From Carcharhinus amblyrhynchos (lineage: Eukaryota): DNA of 64,000 bases. Location of the stretch: contig OZ336875.1 in assembly GCA_965287045.1 (NCBI GenBank), positions 37,386,001-37,450,000 of the forward strand, read 5' to 3'. Numbering within the stretch: the first letter of the stretch is position 1; each line of letters opens with the position of its first letter. The position numbers and the translations under genes were made by a program. The notes under the pieces are model-generated. The model saw nothing but the letters and a program-made list of their open reading frames with translations. It was not told the DNA's origin and did not search any database. Shown piece by piece: positions 1 through 12,457 of the stretch.

Positions 1-253
1 AGCCAGATCCTGTCCATGCAATCTCATGGTCTGCCGGCACCCCCTCCCACTCCCTTTACACCCCACCCCACCTCTGAACCTGCTGAGGAAAAGCATAATA
101 TTCTGGACCTTGTTCCTATTTTCTAGAAAAACACAATACTTTCCAAGCTAAGCTGCTTTTGCTGTTTGAAAATGAGATGCATTCTACAACTCAGGTCCTC
201 AAAGACTCTTGAACAGGAAAACAGCGTGATAAAATTTTGTTACATCTAACTAA

Positions 254-1420
254 CATAAGAACATAAGAAATAGGAGCAGGAGTAGGCCAGCTAGCCCCTC
301 GAGCCTGCCCCACCATTCAGTAAGATCATGGCTGATCTGAAGTGGCTCAGTTCCACCTTCCCGCTTTCTCCCCATAACTCTTAATCCCCTTGCCTACCAA
401 AAACCTATCTACCCGCATCTTAAATATATTTAGTGAGGTAGCCTCCACCACTTCAACGGGCAGAGAATTCCAGAGATTCACCACCCTTTGAGTGAAGAAG
501 TTCCTCCTCAACTCCGTTCTAAACTGCCCCCCCCTTATCTTGAGGCTGTGCCCTCTAGTCCTGCTGTCCTTTCTGAGTAGGAAGAACCTCTCCACCTCTA
601 CCCTATCCATCCCCTTCATCATCTTATACGTCTCAATAAGATCCCCCCCATCCTTCTAAACTCCAATGAGTACAAGCCCAGTCTATTCAGCCTCTTTTCA
701 TAGTTCAACCCCCTCAACTCCGGTATCAGCCTAGTGAACCTCCTCTGCACTCCCTCCAAGGCCAAAATATCCTTGCGCAAGCGCGGCGACCAAAACTGCA
801 CACAGTACTCCAGCTGCGGCCTCACCAGTGCCCTGTACAGTTGCAGCAAGACCTCCCCACTTTTATATTCAATCCCCCTCGCTATGAAGGCCAGCATCCC
901 ATTTGCCTTCCTGATCACCTGTTGCACCTGCAGACTGGGTTTTTGTGACTCATGCACAAAGACCCCCAGGTCCCTCTGCACCGTAGCATGCTGCAGCTTT
1001 TCACCCTTTAAGTAGTAGTCCCTCCTGCTATTATTCCGGCCAAAGTGGATAACCTCACACTTGCCAACATTGTATTCCATCTGCCAGGTCCTCGCCCACT
1101 CGCTCAGCCTATCTAGATCCCTCTGCAGACTTTTTACACCCTCCACACAATTTGCTTTTCCACTTATCTTTGTGTCATCAGCAAATTTCGACACCCTACA
1201 CTCAGCTCCCTCCTCCAGATCATCTATATAAATGGTAAATAGCTGAGGCCCCAGCACCGATCCCTGGGGCACTCCACTAGTCACCAACCGCCAATCCGAA
1301 TAGCACCCATTGACACCTACTCTCTGCCTCCTATTTGACAGCCAATCCTCTATTCACGCTAACACCTTACCCCCAACTCCATGCCCCCAACCTTCTGTAA
1401 CAACCTTTTGTGCGGCACAT
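254..1420 (-). mobile_element. CR1/HER1-type LINE, 5'-truncated, frameshifted RT
   Basis: ORFs 619..1287 and 347..622 give RT motifs GVPQGSVLGP, KFADD, RPQLEYCVQFW, FFTQRVVNLWNSLP; 3' UTR and (ATAAGAAC)n tail at ~254-270. Confidence 0.95.
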
Positions 1421-1424
1421 CAAC

Positions 1425-1800
1425 ATAATCAAAACATATTTCACATTCTCAGGATGTTCCAAAGTGCTTGACACTAATAAACAAATTATCAGCAAATTGG
1501 CAGGTAATCTGCACACAGCAATGAAACAAATAAATTACCAATTAATCTGTCTTTGGTAGCATTGGTTGAGAGATATATTCTGGACAGGAGACTGCATGGG
1601 AGAACTTTCATTCTCCTCTTCAATTAGTGCCACAGGATCTTTCACTTTTAACTGAGCACATGTTTAATATTTCACCTAAAAGTCAAATGTACTGCTGGAG
1701 TGCAGTATACTATCAATATTAAATTTAAGTGTCAATGCAGAATATATATTCCATTTCTAGCATAGAATCTGAGCCCATAACCTTCTGGCTCTGATGAGAG
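1425..1800 (-). mobile_element. Degenerate Deu-domain SINE (SacSINE1/AmnSINE-like)
   Basis: Reverse complement resembles the copy at 8125-8535 (caggatcttt...atttcacctaaaag, tctggctctga). Confidence 0.5.
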
Positions 1801-1996
1801 ACTGAATCCAGGCTCATACCTTACAACATTCAGATCTTATATTCACCTTACAACTACAATGACAATCGTAATTATTGTTGAGTTCCGATGAATACTGAGC
1901 TTCAGCCATGCTATGTTTTGAGAACCTTTACCTGAATACCATGTTTACTAGTCATTTACTTTCCCTTCCCTTTCATTCCCAGTTTCTGTTCAATTA

Positions 1997-3509
1997 ATAG
2001 AACATAGAACATAACAGCGCAGAACAGGCCCTTCGGCCCACGATGTTGCGCCGACCAGTTAAAAAACAATGACCCTCTAACCTAAACCAAACCCTTTCCA
2101 TCCATAAACCTATCCACGGATCTCTTAAACGCCCCCAAACTAGGCGCATCCACAACTGCAGCAGGCAGGGCATTCCAATCCCTCACCACCCTCTGGGTAA
2201 AGAACCTACCCCTGACATCCGTCCTATAACTACCACCCCTTAATTTAAAGCTATGCCCCCTCGTGCTAGCTTTCTCCATCCGAGGAAAAAGGCTATCACT
2301 GTCCACCCTATCCAAACCTCTGATCATCTTATATGTTTCAATAAGGTCCCCTCGCAGCTGCCTTCTTTCTAATGAAAACAACCTCAAATCCCTCAGTCTC
2401 TCCTCATAGGACCTCCCCTCCATACCAGGCAACATCCTGGTAAACCTCCTCTGCACCCTCTCCAAAGCCTCCACATCCTTCCTATAATGTGGGGACCAGA
2501 ACTGCACACAATACTCCAAGTGCGGACGCACCAGAGTTTTGTACAGTTGCAACATGATGCTGCGGCTCTTAAATTCAATCCCCCTACCAATAAACACCAA
2601 GACACCGTATGCCTTCCTAACAACCCTATCTACTTGATTCCCAACTTTCAGGGATCTATGTACACATACACCTAGATCCCTCTGTTCATCCACACTATTC
2701 AGAGTCCTACTGTTAGCCCTATACTCTACACATCCATTATTCCTGCCAAAGTGAATTACCTCACACTTTTTCGCATTAAACTCCATCCTCCACCTCTCGG
2801 CCCAGCTCTGCAACTTGACCAAGTCTCCCTGTAGACTAAGACATCCTTCCTCACTATCTACCACACCTCCGACTTTGGTGTCATCAGCAAATTTACTAAT
2901 CCACCCAGCTATACCCTCATCCAGATCATTTATAAAAATTACAAACAGCAGTGGCCCCAAGACAGATCCCTGAGGCACACCACTTGTAACTGAACTCCAT
3001 GTCGAATACTTACCATCAACCACTACCCTCTGTCTCCTACCCGCCAGCCAATTCCTAATCCAATTTCCTAAATCACCCTCAATCCCATACATCTGCAATT
3101 TCTGCAGAAAGCTTCCATGGTGAACCTTATCAAACGCCTTACTAAAGTCCAAATACACCACGTCAACTGCCTTACCGCCATCCACCTCTTTGGTCACTTT
3201 CTCAAAAAACTCAATAAGGTTAGTAAGGCACGACCTACCCTCCACAAAACCATGCTGACTATCTCTAATCGTTTCATTACTCTCCAAATAACTATAAATC
3301 CTATCCCTAATAATTTTTTCTAAAACCTTACCCACAACAGAAGTAAGACTCACCGGTCTATAATTCCCGGAGAAGTCTCTGTTCCCCTTCTTAAACAATG
3401 GGACAATATTCGCTAACCTCCAATCTTCTGGCACTATACCGGTGACCAATGACGACCTGAAGATCAGAGCCAGGGGCTCTGCAATCTCCTCCCTTGCCTC
3501 CCAGAGAAT
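1997..3509 (-). mobile_element. CR1 LINE (second subfamily), 5'-truncated, uninterrupted RT ORF 2082..3449
   Basis: 455 aa ORF with NYRPVSLTS, YLDFSKAFDKV, QGSVLGP, FADD; (AGAACAT)n tail at ~1997-2013. Confidence 0.95.
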
Positions 3510-3575
3510 TAAGTAGATATACAGGCTAGAATTTTACACCAAGCCCCTGCTTGGTGTAAACTTACTTCTAATTAA

Positions 3576-4032
3576 TTGAACTATGAGGAGAGGCTGAATA
3601 AACTAGGCTTGTACTCGTTAGAGTTTAGAAGAATGAGGGGAGATCTCATTGAGACATATAAGATGATGAATGGGATGGACAGGATAGAGGTGGAGAGGCT
3701 CTTCCTGCTCAGAAAGGACAGTAGGACTAGAGGGCACAGCCTCAAGATAAAGGGGGGGGGGGCGCGGTTTAGAACAGAGTTGAGGAGGAACTTCTTCACT
3801 CAAAGGGTGGTGAATCTCTGGAATTCTCTGCCCGTTGAAGTGGTGGAGGCTGCCTCGCTAAATATATTTAAGACGCGGGTTGATAGGTTTTTGATAGGCA
3901 AGGGGATTAAGGGTTATGGGGAGAGGGCGGGAAGGTGGAACTGAGACATGACAGATCAGCCATGATCTTATTGAATGGCAGGGCAGGCTCGAAGGGCTCG
4001 ATGGCCTACTCCTGCTCCTATTTCTTATGTTC
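3576..4032 (+). mobile_element. CR1/HER1 3' fragment
   Basis: ORF 3576..3944 is the RT C-terminus; 3' UTR ends ttcttatgttc. Confidence 0.93.
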
Positions 4033-4188
4033 TGCCAATCAGGCCAAATAGTTCCCCTTCAGTGTTGCAAAAATAGATTTCTTCTTTCAAAAGCATTGCC
4101 AATAATGAGAGGTTCTTAAGATTGGTACAGCTTGTTGAGATCTCTCCAAGCTACATTTAATATCCAACATATTTCTCCCTCTCCTTAC

Positions 4189-4290
4189 TTCTGATGAAAA
4201 GTCAGAAAGACTCAAAGCATTAACTCTGCTTTCCGTCTCTACAGATGCTGCCAAACCTGTTGAGTTTTCCATCATTCTCTGTTCTTGTGT
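4189..4290 (+). mobile_element. Degenerate PLE-related short repeat with decayed hammerhead-like core
   Basis: CTGATGA-AA-AGTC-agaaa-GACT-CAAAGCATT-AACTCTG followed by acagatgctgccaaacctgttgagtttt, a tail that recurs near 16480, 44130, 53060 and 54250. Confidence 0.5.
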
Positions 4291-5397
4291 CAGTAAAATT
4301 ATGCTTTTTAAAGTGAAAACTATTAGTGCCAGCACACTTTTTTTGAACCATGTGATATTGTGGATCATTCGTCTTTAGCACAGTTAGAATTTCATTATGC
4401 AACAGTTTAATTATTTAATTCAAACTTATTAAACATGAATTGCTGAAAATTGTACTTATTTCTGACTGGGCAATGGTATATAGACAGGTCTCTGCTTTTC
4501 TTAATTTACATTAATAATCTAGACCAGGGTATACAGTTCACAATTTCAGAATGTGAAGATGTTGGAGGATTTAAGAGGCATTTTTCACTTACGTTTCATC
4601 AGACTGGAATGGTGATGGAAGTGGAAAATCCAAAGGGGAGTCCAAATCATGTTTCATGCCAACGTAAAAGTGGGAAGCAATTGTCCCCTTCATCCACCAG
4701 TGTTATAACAGGAATCCTGTTCAATGCCAGGGACCCTATTACAATAAATTTACTTCTAATTATCAGGCCTCTATGCCTAATAATCACCCCCCTCTACTAT
4801 TAATCCATTCACATCAGCATGTGGGTTCTCTGACATGAATTATGACAGGTCCTTACAAGACTTGCACCTGGAGAGATGAACTGCCAGAAGAATTCAGGAG
4901 AATACATTGCTCAATGGGAGGTAATGCCCAGACACTACCCTTGACATGGCCCATTGCCAGGGCAGAGGTAGTGTTTGGGGACAGTATTGCGTCAGATTTA
5001 CATTGTGCGGTCTGCCCCTTCAATTCTCTTTTTTTATCAGCTAAATGAAATGGCGGAGAAAGCTGTTGTTGGGGTCGCTCTGCTGAGAAAAAAAGCACAA
5101 TTCCATCCTTGGGAGTACTGTGAACTGTGGGGAGGATTGTGATAGACTTTAAGAGGATATAAACAGGTTGGTGGAATGAGCAGACACGTGTCAGATGAAA
5201 TGTAATGTATGCAATGTGAATTGATACATTTTGGTCAGAAGAACGAGGAGAGATGACACAAAATAAAGGGTACAGTTCTAAATAAAATGCAGGAACAGAG
5301 GTGACCTGGATGTATATGTGCATAAATCATTGAAGGCAGCAGGAGAGGTTCTGAAACCAGTTAATAAATTATACTGAATTCTGGTTTTATAAATAGG

Positions 5398-5535
5398 CAT
5401 AATGTGTGTCTTTAGATGCCTTTCTCTGATCAGAACTTCCACATACCTGACGAAGGAACACCGTTTCCGAAAGCTTGTGGGATTACTATCGAATAAACTG
5501 TTTGGACTTAAACCTGGTGTTGTGAGATTTTTTAC
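5398..5535 (+). mobile_element. Penelope-like element terminal fragment with 12-bp TSD
   Basis: TSD TTTATAAATAGG at 5386-5397 and 5536-5547; 3' part similar to the PLE ends at 57450-57542 and 34185-34247. Confidence 0.8.
5442..5481 (+). ncRNA. Minimal type I hammerhead ribozyme motif (PLE-associated)
   Basis: CUGACGA 5447-5453, stem II GGAA/UUCC, GAAA 5469-5472, palindromic AAGCUU stem III; stem I weak (3 bp). Confidence 0.6.
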
Positions 5536-6194
5536 TTTATAAATAGGGGCAGGGTACAAAAGCAATCAATTTATGAACCTTCATAGAACACTGATTTAGC
5601 TTCAACAGGAAGAATGTGAACGTTTTAGAAAGGGTGCGGAAAAGATTTATGAGAATGAGAGTGCTTCCTAGTATGAGAGACTTCAGTTATGCGGATGGAT
5701 TGGTGAAGCTGGGCTGTTCTCCTTGGAAAAGGAAAGGTTGAGAGGAGCTTTGTTAAACGTGTTCAAAAGTTGTGGATAGAATAAGTGGGGAGAAACTGTT
5801 CACACCAGAAGGTCAAGACTGATTAACAAAAGAACCAGAGGTGACATGAGGAAAAGTCTCTTTTTACAACAAGTGGTTTGGATCTGGAATGCAATGCCTC
5901 AGTACGTGGTAGAGACAGATTCAATTGTGGTTTTCAAAAGGGAACATTTGATGTTTGAAAAGATTTTACAAAGCCACAGGAAAAATGCAGAGGAATGGGA
6001 CTAGTTGAATTACTGTTGCAAAGAACTGACACAATACAAAATGCTGAATGGCCTACTTCTGTGCTGTAACCATGTTATGATTCTGGTATAGATACATTAA
6101 AGGAACTTGATAAACACATGGGAGAAAAAATAGCTGAAGATTACCTGGATAGTGTGATCAAGAAGGGTGGGGAGAGGTTTGTGTGGAACATAAG

Positions 6195-6730
6195 TCTTGT
6201 GTGGAGTACTGTGTACAGTTCTGCTCACCTTATCATAGGAAGGACATTATTAAACTATAACAAGTGCAGAAAAGGTTAACTAGGGTGCTACCAGGACTTA
6301 TTGGTTTGAGTTATAAGGAGAGACTGGATAAACTGGGACTTTTTTCTCTGGAGTGTAGGAGGCTGTGGGGTGATCTTATAGAGGTTTATAAGATAATGAG
6401 GGGCATAGATCAGCTAGATAGTCAATATCTTTTCCCAAAGGTAGGGGAGTCTAAAACGAGAGGGCATAGATTTAAGGTGAGAGGGGAGAGATACAAAAGT
6501 CTCCAGAGGGGCAATTTTTTCACACAGAGGGTAGTGAGTGTCTGGAACAAGCTGCCATAGGTAGTAGTAGAGATGGGTACAATTTAGTCTTTTACAAAGC
6601 GTTTAGACAGTTACATGGGTAAGATTGGTACAGAGGGATATGGGCCAAATGTGGGCAGTTGGGACTAGCTTTGGGGTTTAAAAAAAGGACAACGTGGACA
6701 AGTTGCTGTAAAACCTCTATGACTCTATAA
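6195..6730 (+). mobile_element. CR1 3' fragment
   Basis: ORF 6264..6560 (LGLFSLE...NFFTQRVVSVWNKLP); tail ctctatgactctat. Confidence 0.88.
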
Positions 6731-8124
6731 TCACCAGAAAAGGTGAGGTGAGATGGCCAATCTCAGTGCTACAAATTCCATATAAAGCTGCCTGCATGGA
6801 CACAAGCACAATTCTACGTTTCACTCCTCTGGCCATCACAGCCAAGGAATTAATGTTCAGTAGGCAAACACAACAGGATGTTTGGGGAAATGTTGCTTCA
6901 AATCCCAGGAACCTTGAATTTTAAAAGGACTTCAATTAGGAAGTTGTGTAAAGGGAATTGTGGGGTTCTTTTTTTTAAACAATCAAGGAGCTGTGAAGTT
7001 GCTGCTGCTGCTTTGCGGTACATTGACTTGGAGACATTCAGCAGCAGCAATCCCGGGTCTTCGCTCTGCCACCTCTAAAATTGAGTCTTGGAAGATGATT
7101 TTTTTAAAGATCCTTGCTAAAATCTTAATTTGGATTGAGATTGTGTGCACAGCCAGCACAGGGAGTTGGCAATGGTCTGAATGCAGCTTACTCTGTACAT
7201 GAAACACTGGAAAGGGGAGCAGGGCTTGAATTTCAGCTGATTCTCTACTCATCTTGCAAATCATGCTGCCTGATGTGATACTGAGCAATCTTTAGGTTTG
7301 GCAATGGTGATTTGCGGTTACTGGATTTTCTGAGGTTAATTATTTTCCAGCAGGGAAGACGGTTTCAGGAAATGATAACGATGGAGCTTGTTCTCCACAT
7401 TGTTTGAGCTCCTACATTTTGCTCATTTGTATTGGAGACTGAATAAAACTTTCAATGACAAAAATGCTTAGTTCCAATGCAAGTGACACTGAGCAGAGAG
7501 GAGGAACTTTCAACACAGACCACATGCACCCACTGCAAAAGGCAAAAGTTCAACTGAAATTCTTCTCAGTCATGTCTGTGCTGATCCAAGCAACATGGAA
7601 TTAAATTACCCTCTTCTCAAGATCCCTCCCACAGATAATGGATGGCCAATCAGCAAAGGACAATTTACCATCCAGTGGTGAATAGGAGATGCTGGAACGC
7701 TGCTCCCGTGCGCTCTGGCAGCACTACATCACTGCCTACACATAACTGCAGAAAATGTCCAAAAGGCCAGCCATGCTGCCACAAAGAACAGCCCTGAGCA
7801 AATAATCTGCGCACTCGAGCATGAATCTGCAGTCTGAGGCACTACAGAGGAACTTTGCAGTACACGTGAGTTTATTCATGCTCCACATGATTGCCATCAT
7901 GATGGTCCAATCTGCCACCTCCTGGGCAACAACATGTAAAAAAGAGGAGGAAAGTGAGGAAAAAAAGCAATGATTACCAGAAACCAATTTTCCCAAGCTC
8001 CCAATGAGGAGTTCTTCAACTAAATCAGCCACCGAGTTCCCCAACTGTCTCCTACAATCATTCCTCCACTTCCAACTTCCGACAACCACCATGTGATAAT
8101 TTTTCTTCATACCTATTTGTCAGC

Positions 8125-8535
8125 TGGGGCTCAACAGATATCAATCTTGCCTGAGTCACAAGATTGTGGGCCCATTTCAGGAACTGAGCAGAGAATGATG
8201 GCTGGCATGTCAGTGAAGTACTGGGGGAGTGCTCTGCTGTCAAGATTGCCACCTTTCAGATGAGACTTAAATCAAAGGCCACACCTATCCTCTCAGGTGA
8301 ACATAAAAAGTCCCACAGCATAATTTTGAAGACAAGCAGGTGAGTCCTAGCCAATATGTCTTCCCCAATCTTCGTCACAGAAACAGATTATCTGGTCATT
8401 ATCACATTATTGTTTGTGGGAATTTGTTGCACACAAGTTGGCTGTTGTGTTTCCTACACTTCAAAACTATTTCAAAGGGACTGTAAATGGCACTGGAACG
8501 TTATTGTGAAATGTGCTAAATGCATGCCTTTCTTG
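8125..8535 (+). mobile_element. Deu-domain SINE (SacSINE1/AmnSINE1-like)
   Basis: Characteristic blocks ctttcagatgagac, ctctcaggtgaacataaaa, cagattatctggtcattatcacatt, ttggctg...tttcctaca. Confidence 0.7.
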
Positions 8536-9399
8536 TTACTAATGCATCTTGCCTTTACTTAGCTAAAAAAAACACACATGAAATCCAGGATAAAAAATAC
8601 AATTTAACAAATCACACTAGCATTAACAAAAGAAAAACAAATTACTCTTACACCTGCCTTATGTGTTCATTTTCACTCCTGATATTCCTTTGAAATTTCT
8701 TTCCCCCTGTGACTGCAGCTTGAGGACTCCATAGGACATAGATGAATCTGGAGGATGACCTCAAACAATAGCTCGAGGTCCAGAGACACAGCTGCAGACT
8801 GATGTGTCTCGGCATTAGATGCAGTAGTCTAAACCAGCTAGCTGAGTGACACCAGCAAATGCTTTTGGAGGAATATTTGGTAGCGAACAGACACTGTCAT
8901 CCTGAAGGATAACGGCAGTTGCCACACCTAAGGCCACTATCCTGGGACTCTCATGGCTAGTGTACAGAACACAGTTCAGAAGCGGGAATGCACTCTGGAA
9001 GCCCCTTTAAATAGTAGCTCCCAAAGTCAAGAAGACTGCAATCTGAATTTCCATGCCAGCAGTGTGGGTTCCATAGTAACGTTAATGAAAAGAGTTAGGA
9101 CTTCAAAGGTTCTGGGACATCAAAATAGGACTGTACAAACGTCTGGAAATTTGCAGTCAGATAATCTTATGAGATAAACAGTCTAAACATCCCAGATAGA
9201 CAACCGAGATAGTAAGCAGAATTTTCCTTTTTTTCTTTGTAAGTGCTGGACCAGGCAAGAAAAGCTGCATGCAGCTCGGTGGCTGCATCGCCAGCTTTTC
9301 TCCAATTTGAAGAAAAAAATCCTGAAGGTGTGCCCCACACTGGCAGGGCCTGAAAATGTTTTCAGAGATAGAAGCACCATTTCTAAAGGGCTCCCCAAT

Positions 9400-11200
9400 C
9401 TAAATTTCTAAAGGAAAGGAATGACCATTCCCCTGCAAAACAGATTTACTATTTAGGATATTGTTGGGGGGAACGGCCTATCAAGGGAAAGCAGCAACAG
9501 CCAAATTTGTTGCATCATACTTAGCTCTGCCGCACAGGAGAAGTAAAAAGTGTGGGAATACAATAGTTATTAGGGGATTCAATTGTAAGGTGAGTAGATA
9601 GACATTTTTGTGGCCACAAACGAGACTCCAGGATAGTATGTTGCCTCCCTGGGGCGAGGGTCAAGGGTGTCTCAGAGCGGCTACAGGACACTCTGGGGGT
9701 GGGGTGGTGAACAACCAACCAATGGTCATCATACATATTGGTCCAAAAGACAGAGTTAAAAAAAGGGATTTGGTCCTAAAAGCAGATTATAGGAGTTAGG
9801 AAGTAAGTTGGAAAATAGGACCTCAAAGATACTGATTTCAGGATTATTACCAGTGCCACGTGCTAGTCAAAGCAAATTTGGCAGGCTATATTAGATGAAT
9901 ATATGGCTGAAGAGAGGACATTGAGACTGGATCTCAGGGGCATAGGATCAGTCTGGACAAGTTGACCTGCACAGGACTGGAACTGGTGTCCTCGAGACAG
10001 TTTTTGCTGGAGTGGTTGGGGGACGGTTTAAATAAAAATGGCAAGGGGATGGGAAACTAAGCAAGGGGTCAGAGGAGGGGGAAACAAGGACAAGAACAAA
10101 AGATAGAAAGGGGAATAAGTGATAGGTGGAGAAATCAAGAGCCAAAATCAAGCAGGGCCACAGTGAAAAGTAATGGTGACTGGAAAGAAATGTTAAAAAG
10201 ACACACCTTAAAGCATTGTGCCTTAATGCGGTGAGCATTCATAATAAAGTGGAGAATTAATTGCGCAAATAGATGTAAACAGAAAGGGGATTACGGAGAC
10301 ATGGTTGCAGGGTGACCAGGGATGGGAACTGACAATCAAAGGTATTCAGTATTTAGGAAGGACAGATAGAAAGAGAAATGCAGCCTTTGCATTGCTGGTT
10401 AAAGAAGAAATTAATGCAATAGAGATGAAAGGTGATGTGGAATTTGTATGGGTAGAGCTGAGAAATACCAATGGGCAAAAAATGTTAGCGGGAGTGGTAT
10501 ACAGACCCCCCCAAGCAGCAGTGATATTGGGAATGGCATTAAACAGGAAATTAGATATCTGGTGCTCTGAGATGCATGCGCTTTAGGAATGCATGCACGA
10601 ATCCAGCAAATTGGCCCACACGTGATTTTCCCGATCCGCCACGCTAAAAAATTAGTGCGTCGGGATGGGAGAAGCACTCCCATTGTCTACAGTTTTGGTC
10701 TCTTTACCTGAGGGAGGATGTTCTTGCTATGGAGAGAGAGTGCAGCAAAGGTTTGCCAGACTGATTCTTGGGACGGCAGGACTGACGTATGGGGAGAGAT
10801 TGAGTCGATTAAGATTATATTCGCTGGAAATTAGAAGAATGAGGGAAATCTCATAGAAACCTATAAAATTTAACAGAACTGGACAAGGCAGATGCAGGAA
10901 GGATATTCCTGACGGCAGGGTAGTCCAGAATCAGGGATCACAGTCTAAGATACGGAGTAAACCGTTCACCTCACTTGAGATGAGGTGAAATCTCTTCACC
11001 CAGAGAGTTGCGAACCTGTGGAATTCTCTACTACAGAGAGCAATGGTGGCCAAACGTTGCATGTATTCAAGGAGTTAGATATAGCTCATGGGGCTAAAGG
11101 AATCAAACGATATTGGGGGAAGGGGCAGCAGGAAGATCTCATAATGAATGGCAGAGCAGGCTCAAAGGGCCAAATGGTCTACTCCTGCTCTTATTTTCTA
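9400..11200 (+). mobile_element. Old CR1 retaining ORF1 esterase and ORF2 endonuclease remnants, large internal deletion, then RT C-terminus and 3' UTR
   Basis: GDSIVR (~9574-9590), VCCLPGARV (~9636-9662), IHIG; APE remnants TETWLQ, VWVEL, GVVYRPP (10290-10510); RT C-terminus 10685-11200. Confidence 0.8.
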
Positions 11201-11722
11201 ACTATCTTGCCAGCGTCACAAACCACATTGATGTGACCTGCGAAGATGTCCCATCTTGAAACACTGGTTTCTGGTGGTGTTTAGTTTTTGTGGAATACTG
11301 TGAGGAGACACGTTAAACCCCAGTAAAGAACCAGTCCAATCATTATAAACAACTATTCAAGAATATTTATTAATTTGAAAGAAAAGACGATATACAATGA
11401 AAAGGACTATAAAAACTCAACTTAAGTACATGAATAACAAAACACACACCCAGTTTACATAGAAATTACCCCTTATTCCAAACCATATCCACGATCTCTG
11501 AACTCACTAAGTCTTTCCTTTCCCAAACAATATCCAAATTAAACTAACATGTCAAAACTGGCTTACAGTTACACACAATACATTGCTTATGATCAAGTCT
11601 GGGAAACATCTTTTCCTGGTCCAGCAAGGATATTCAAGCTACCTTTATGGAAGTTTCCTGTAATGTCTTGGCTCTAAGACTTAGATGTAACACTACAGCA
11701 TCTCTGAGAAGTAAAAAAGGTT

Positions 11723-12457
11723 ACATAAGAACATAAGAAATAGGAGCAGGAGTAGGCCATCTGGCCCTTCGAGCCTGCCCCGCCATTCAATAAGATCATG
11801 GCTGATCTGTCGTGGCTCAGTTCCACATTCCCGCCCTCTCCCCATAACCCTTAATCCCCTCTCTTATCAAAAACCCATCAACCCGCTTCTTAAAAATATT
11901 TAGCGAGGTAGCCTCCACCACTTCAACGGGCAGAGAATTCCAGAGATTCACCACCCTTTGAGTGAAGAAGTTCTTCCTCAACTCTGTTCTAAACCGCCCC
12001 CCCTTTATCTTGAGGCTGTGCCCCCTAGTTCTACTGTCCTTTCTGAGCGGGAAGAGTCTCTCCACCTGTATCCTATCCATCCCATTCATCATCTTATACG
12101 TCTCAATGAGATCTCCCCTCATTCTTCTAAACTCTAACGAGTACAAGCCTAGTTTATTCAGCCTCTCCTCATAGCTCAACCCCCTCAACTCCGGCATCAG
12201 CCTAGTAAACCTCCTCTGCACTCCCTCCAAGGCCAAAATATCCTTGTGTAAGTACGGCGCCCAAAACTGCACACAGTACTCCAGCTGCGGCCTCACCAAT
12301 GCCCTATACAGCCGCAGCAAGACCTCCCAACTTTTATATTCAATCCCCCTCGCTATGAAGGCCAGCATCCCATTCGCCTTCCTGACCACCTGCTGTACCT
12401 GCAAGCTGGGTTTTTGCGACTCATGCACAAGGACCCCGAGGTCCCTCTGCACCGTCG
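11723..12457 (-). mobile_element. Young CR1/HER1 3' fragment
   Basis: ORF 11817..12452 nearly identical to the C-terminus of ORF 35487..37076; ATAAGAAC tail. Confidence 0.95.

Larger units (their letters stand above)
5095..6085 (+). mobile_element. Old degenerate CR1 RT/3' end, interrupted by a PLE fragment
   Basis: Decayed WQMKFN/HFG-like and FFTQRVV-like segments; CR1-type 3' end gaatggcctacttctgtgctgtaacc. Confidence 0.7.

Noticed and set aside
6999-7050. TTGCTGCTGCTG...CAGCAGCAGCAA hairpin with an AGCAGCA (miR-15/103-like) seed
   Set aside because: Only a 12-bp low-complexity stem with a 28-nt loop; the rest matches no miR-15/16/103/107 sequence I know.
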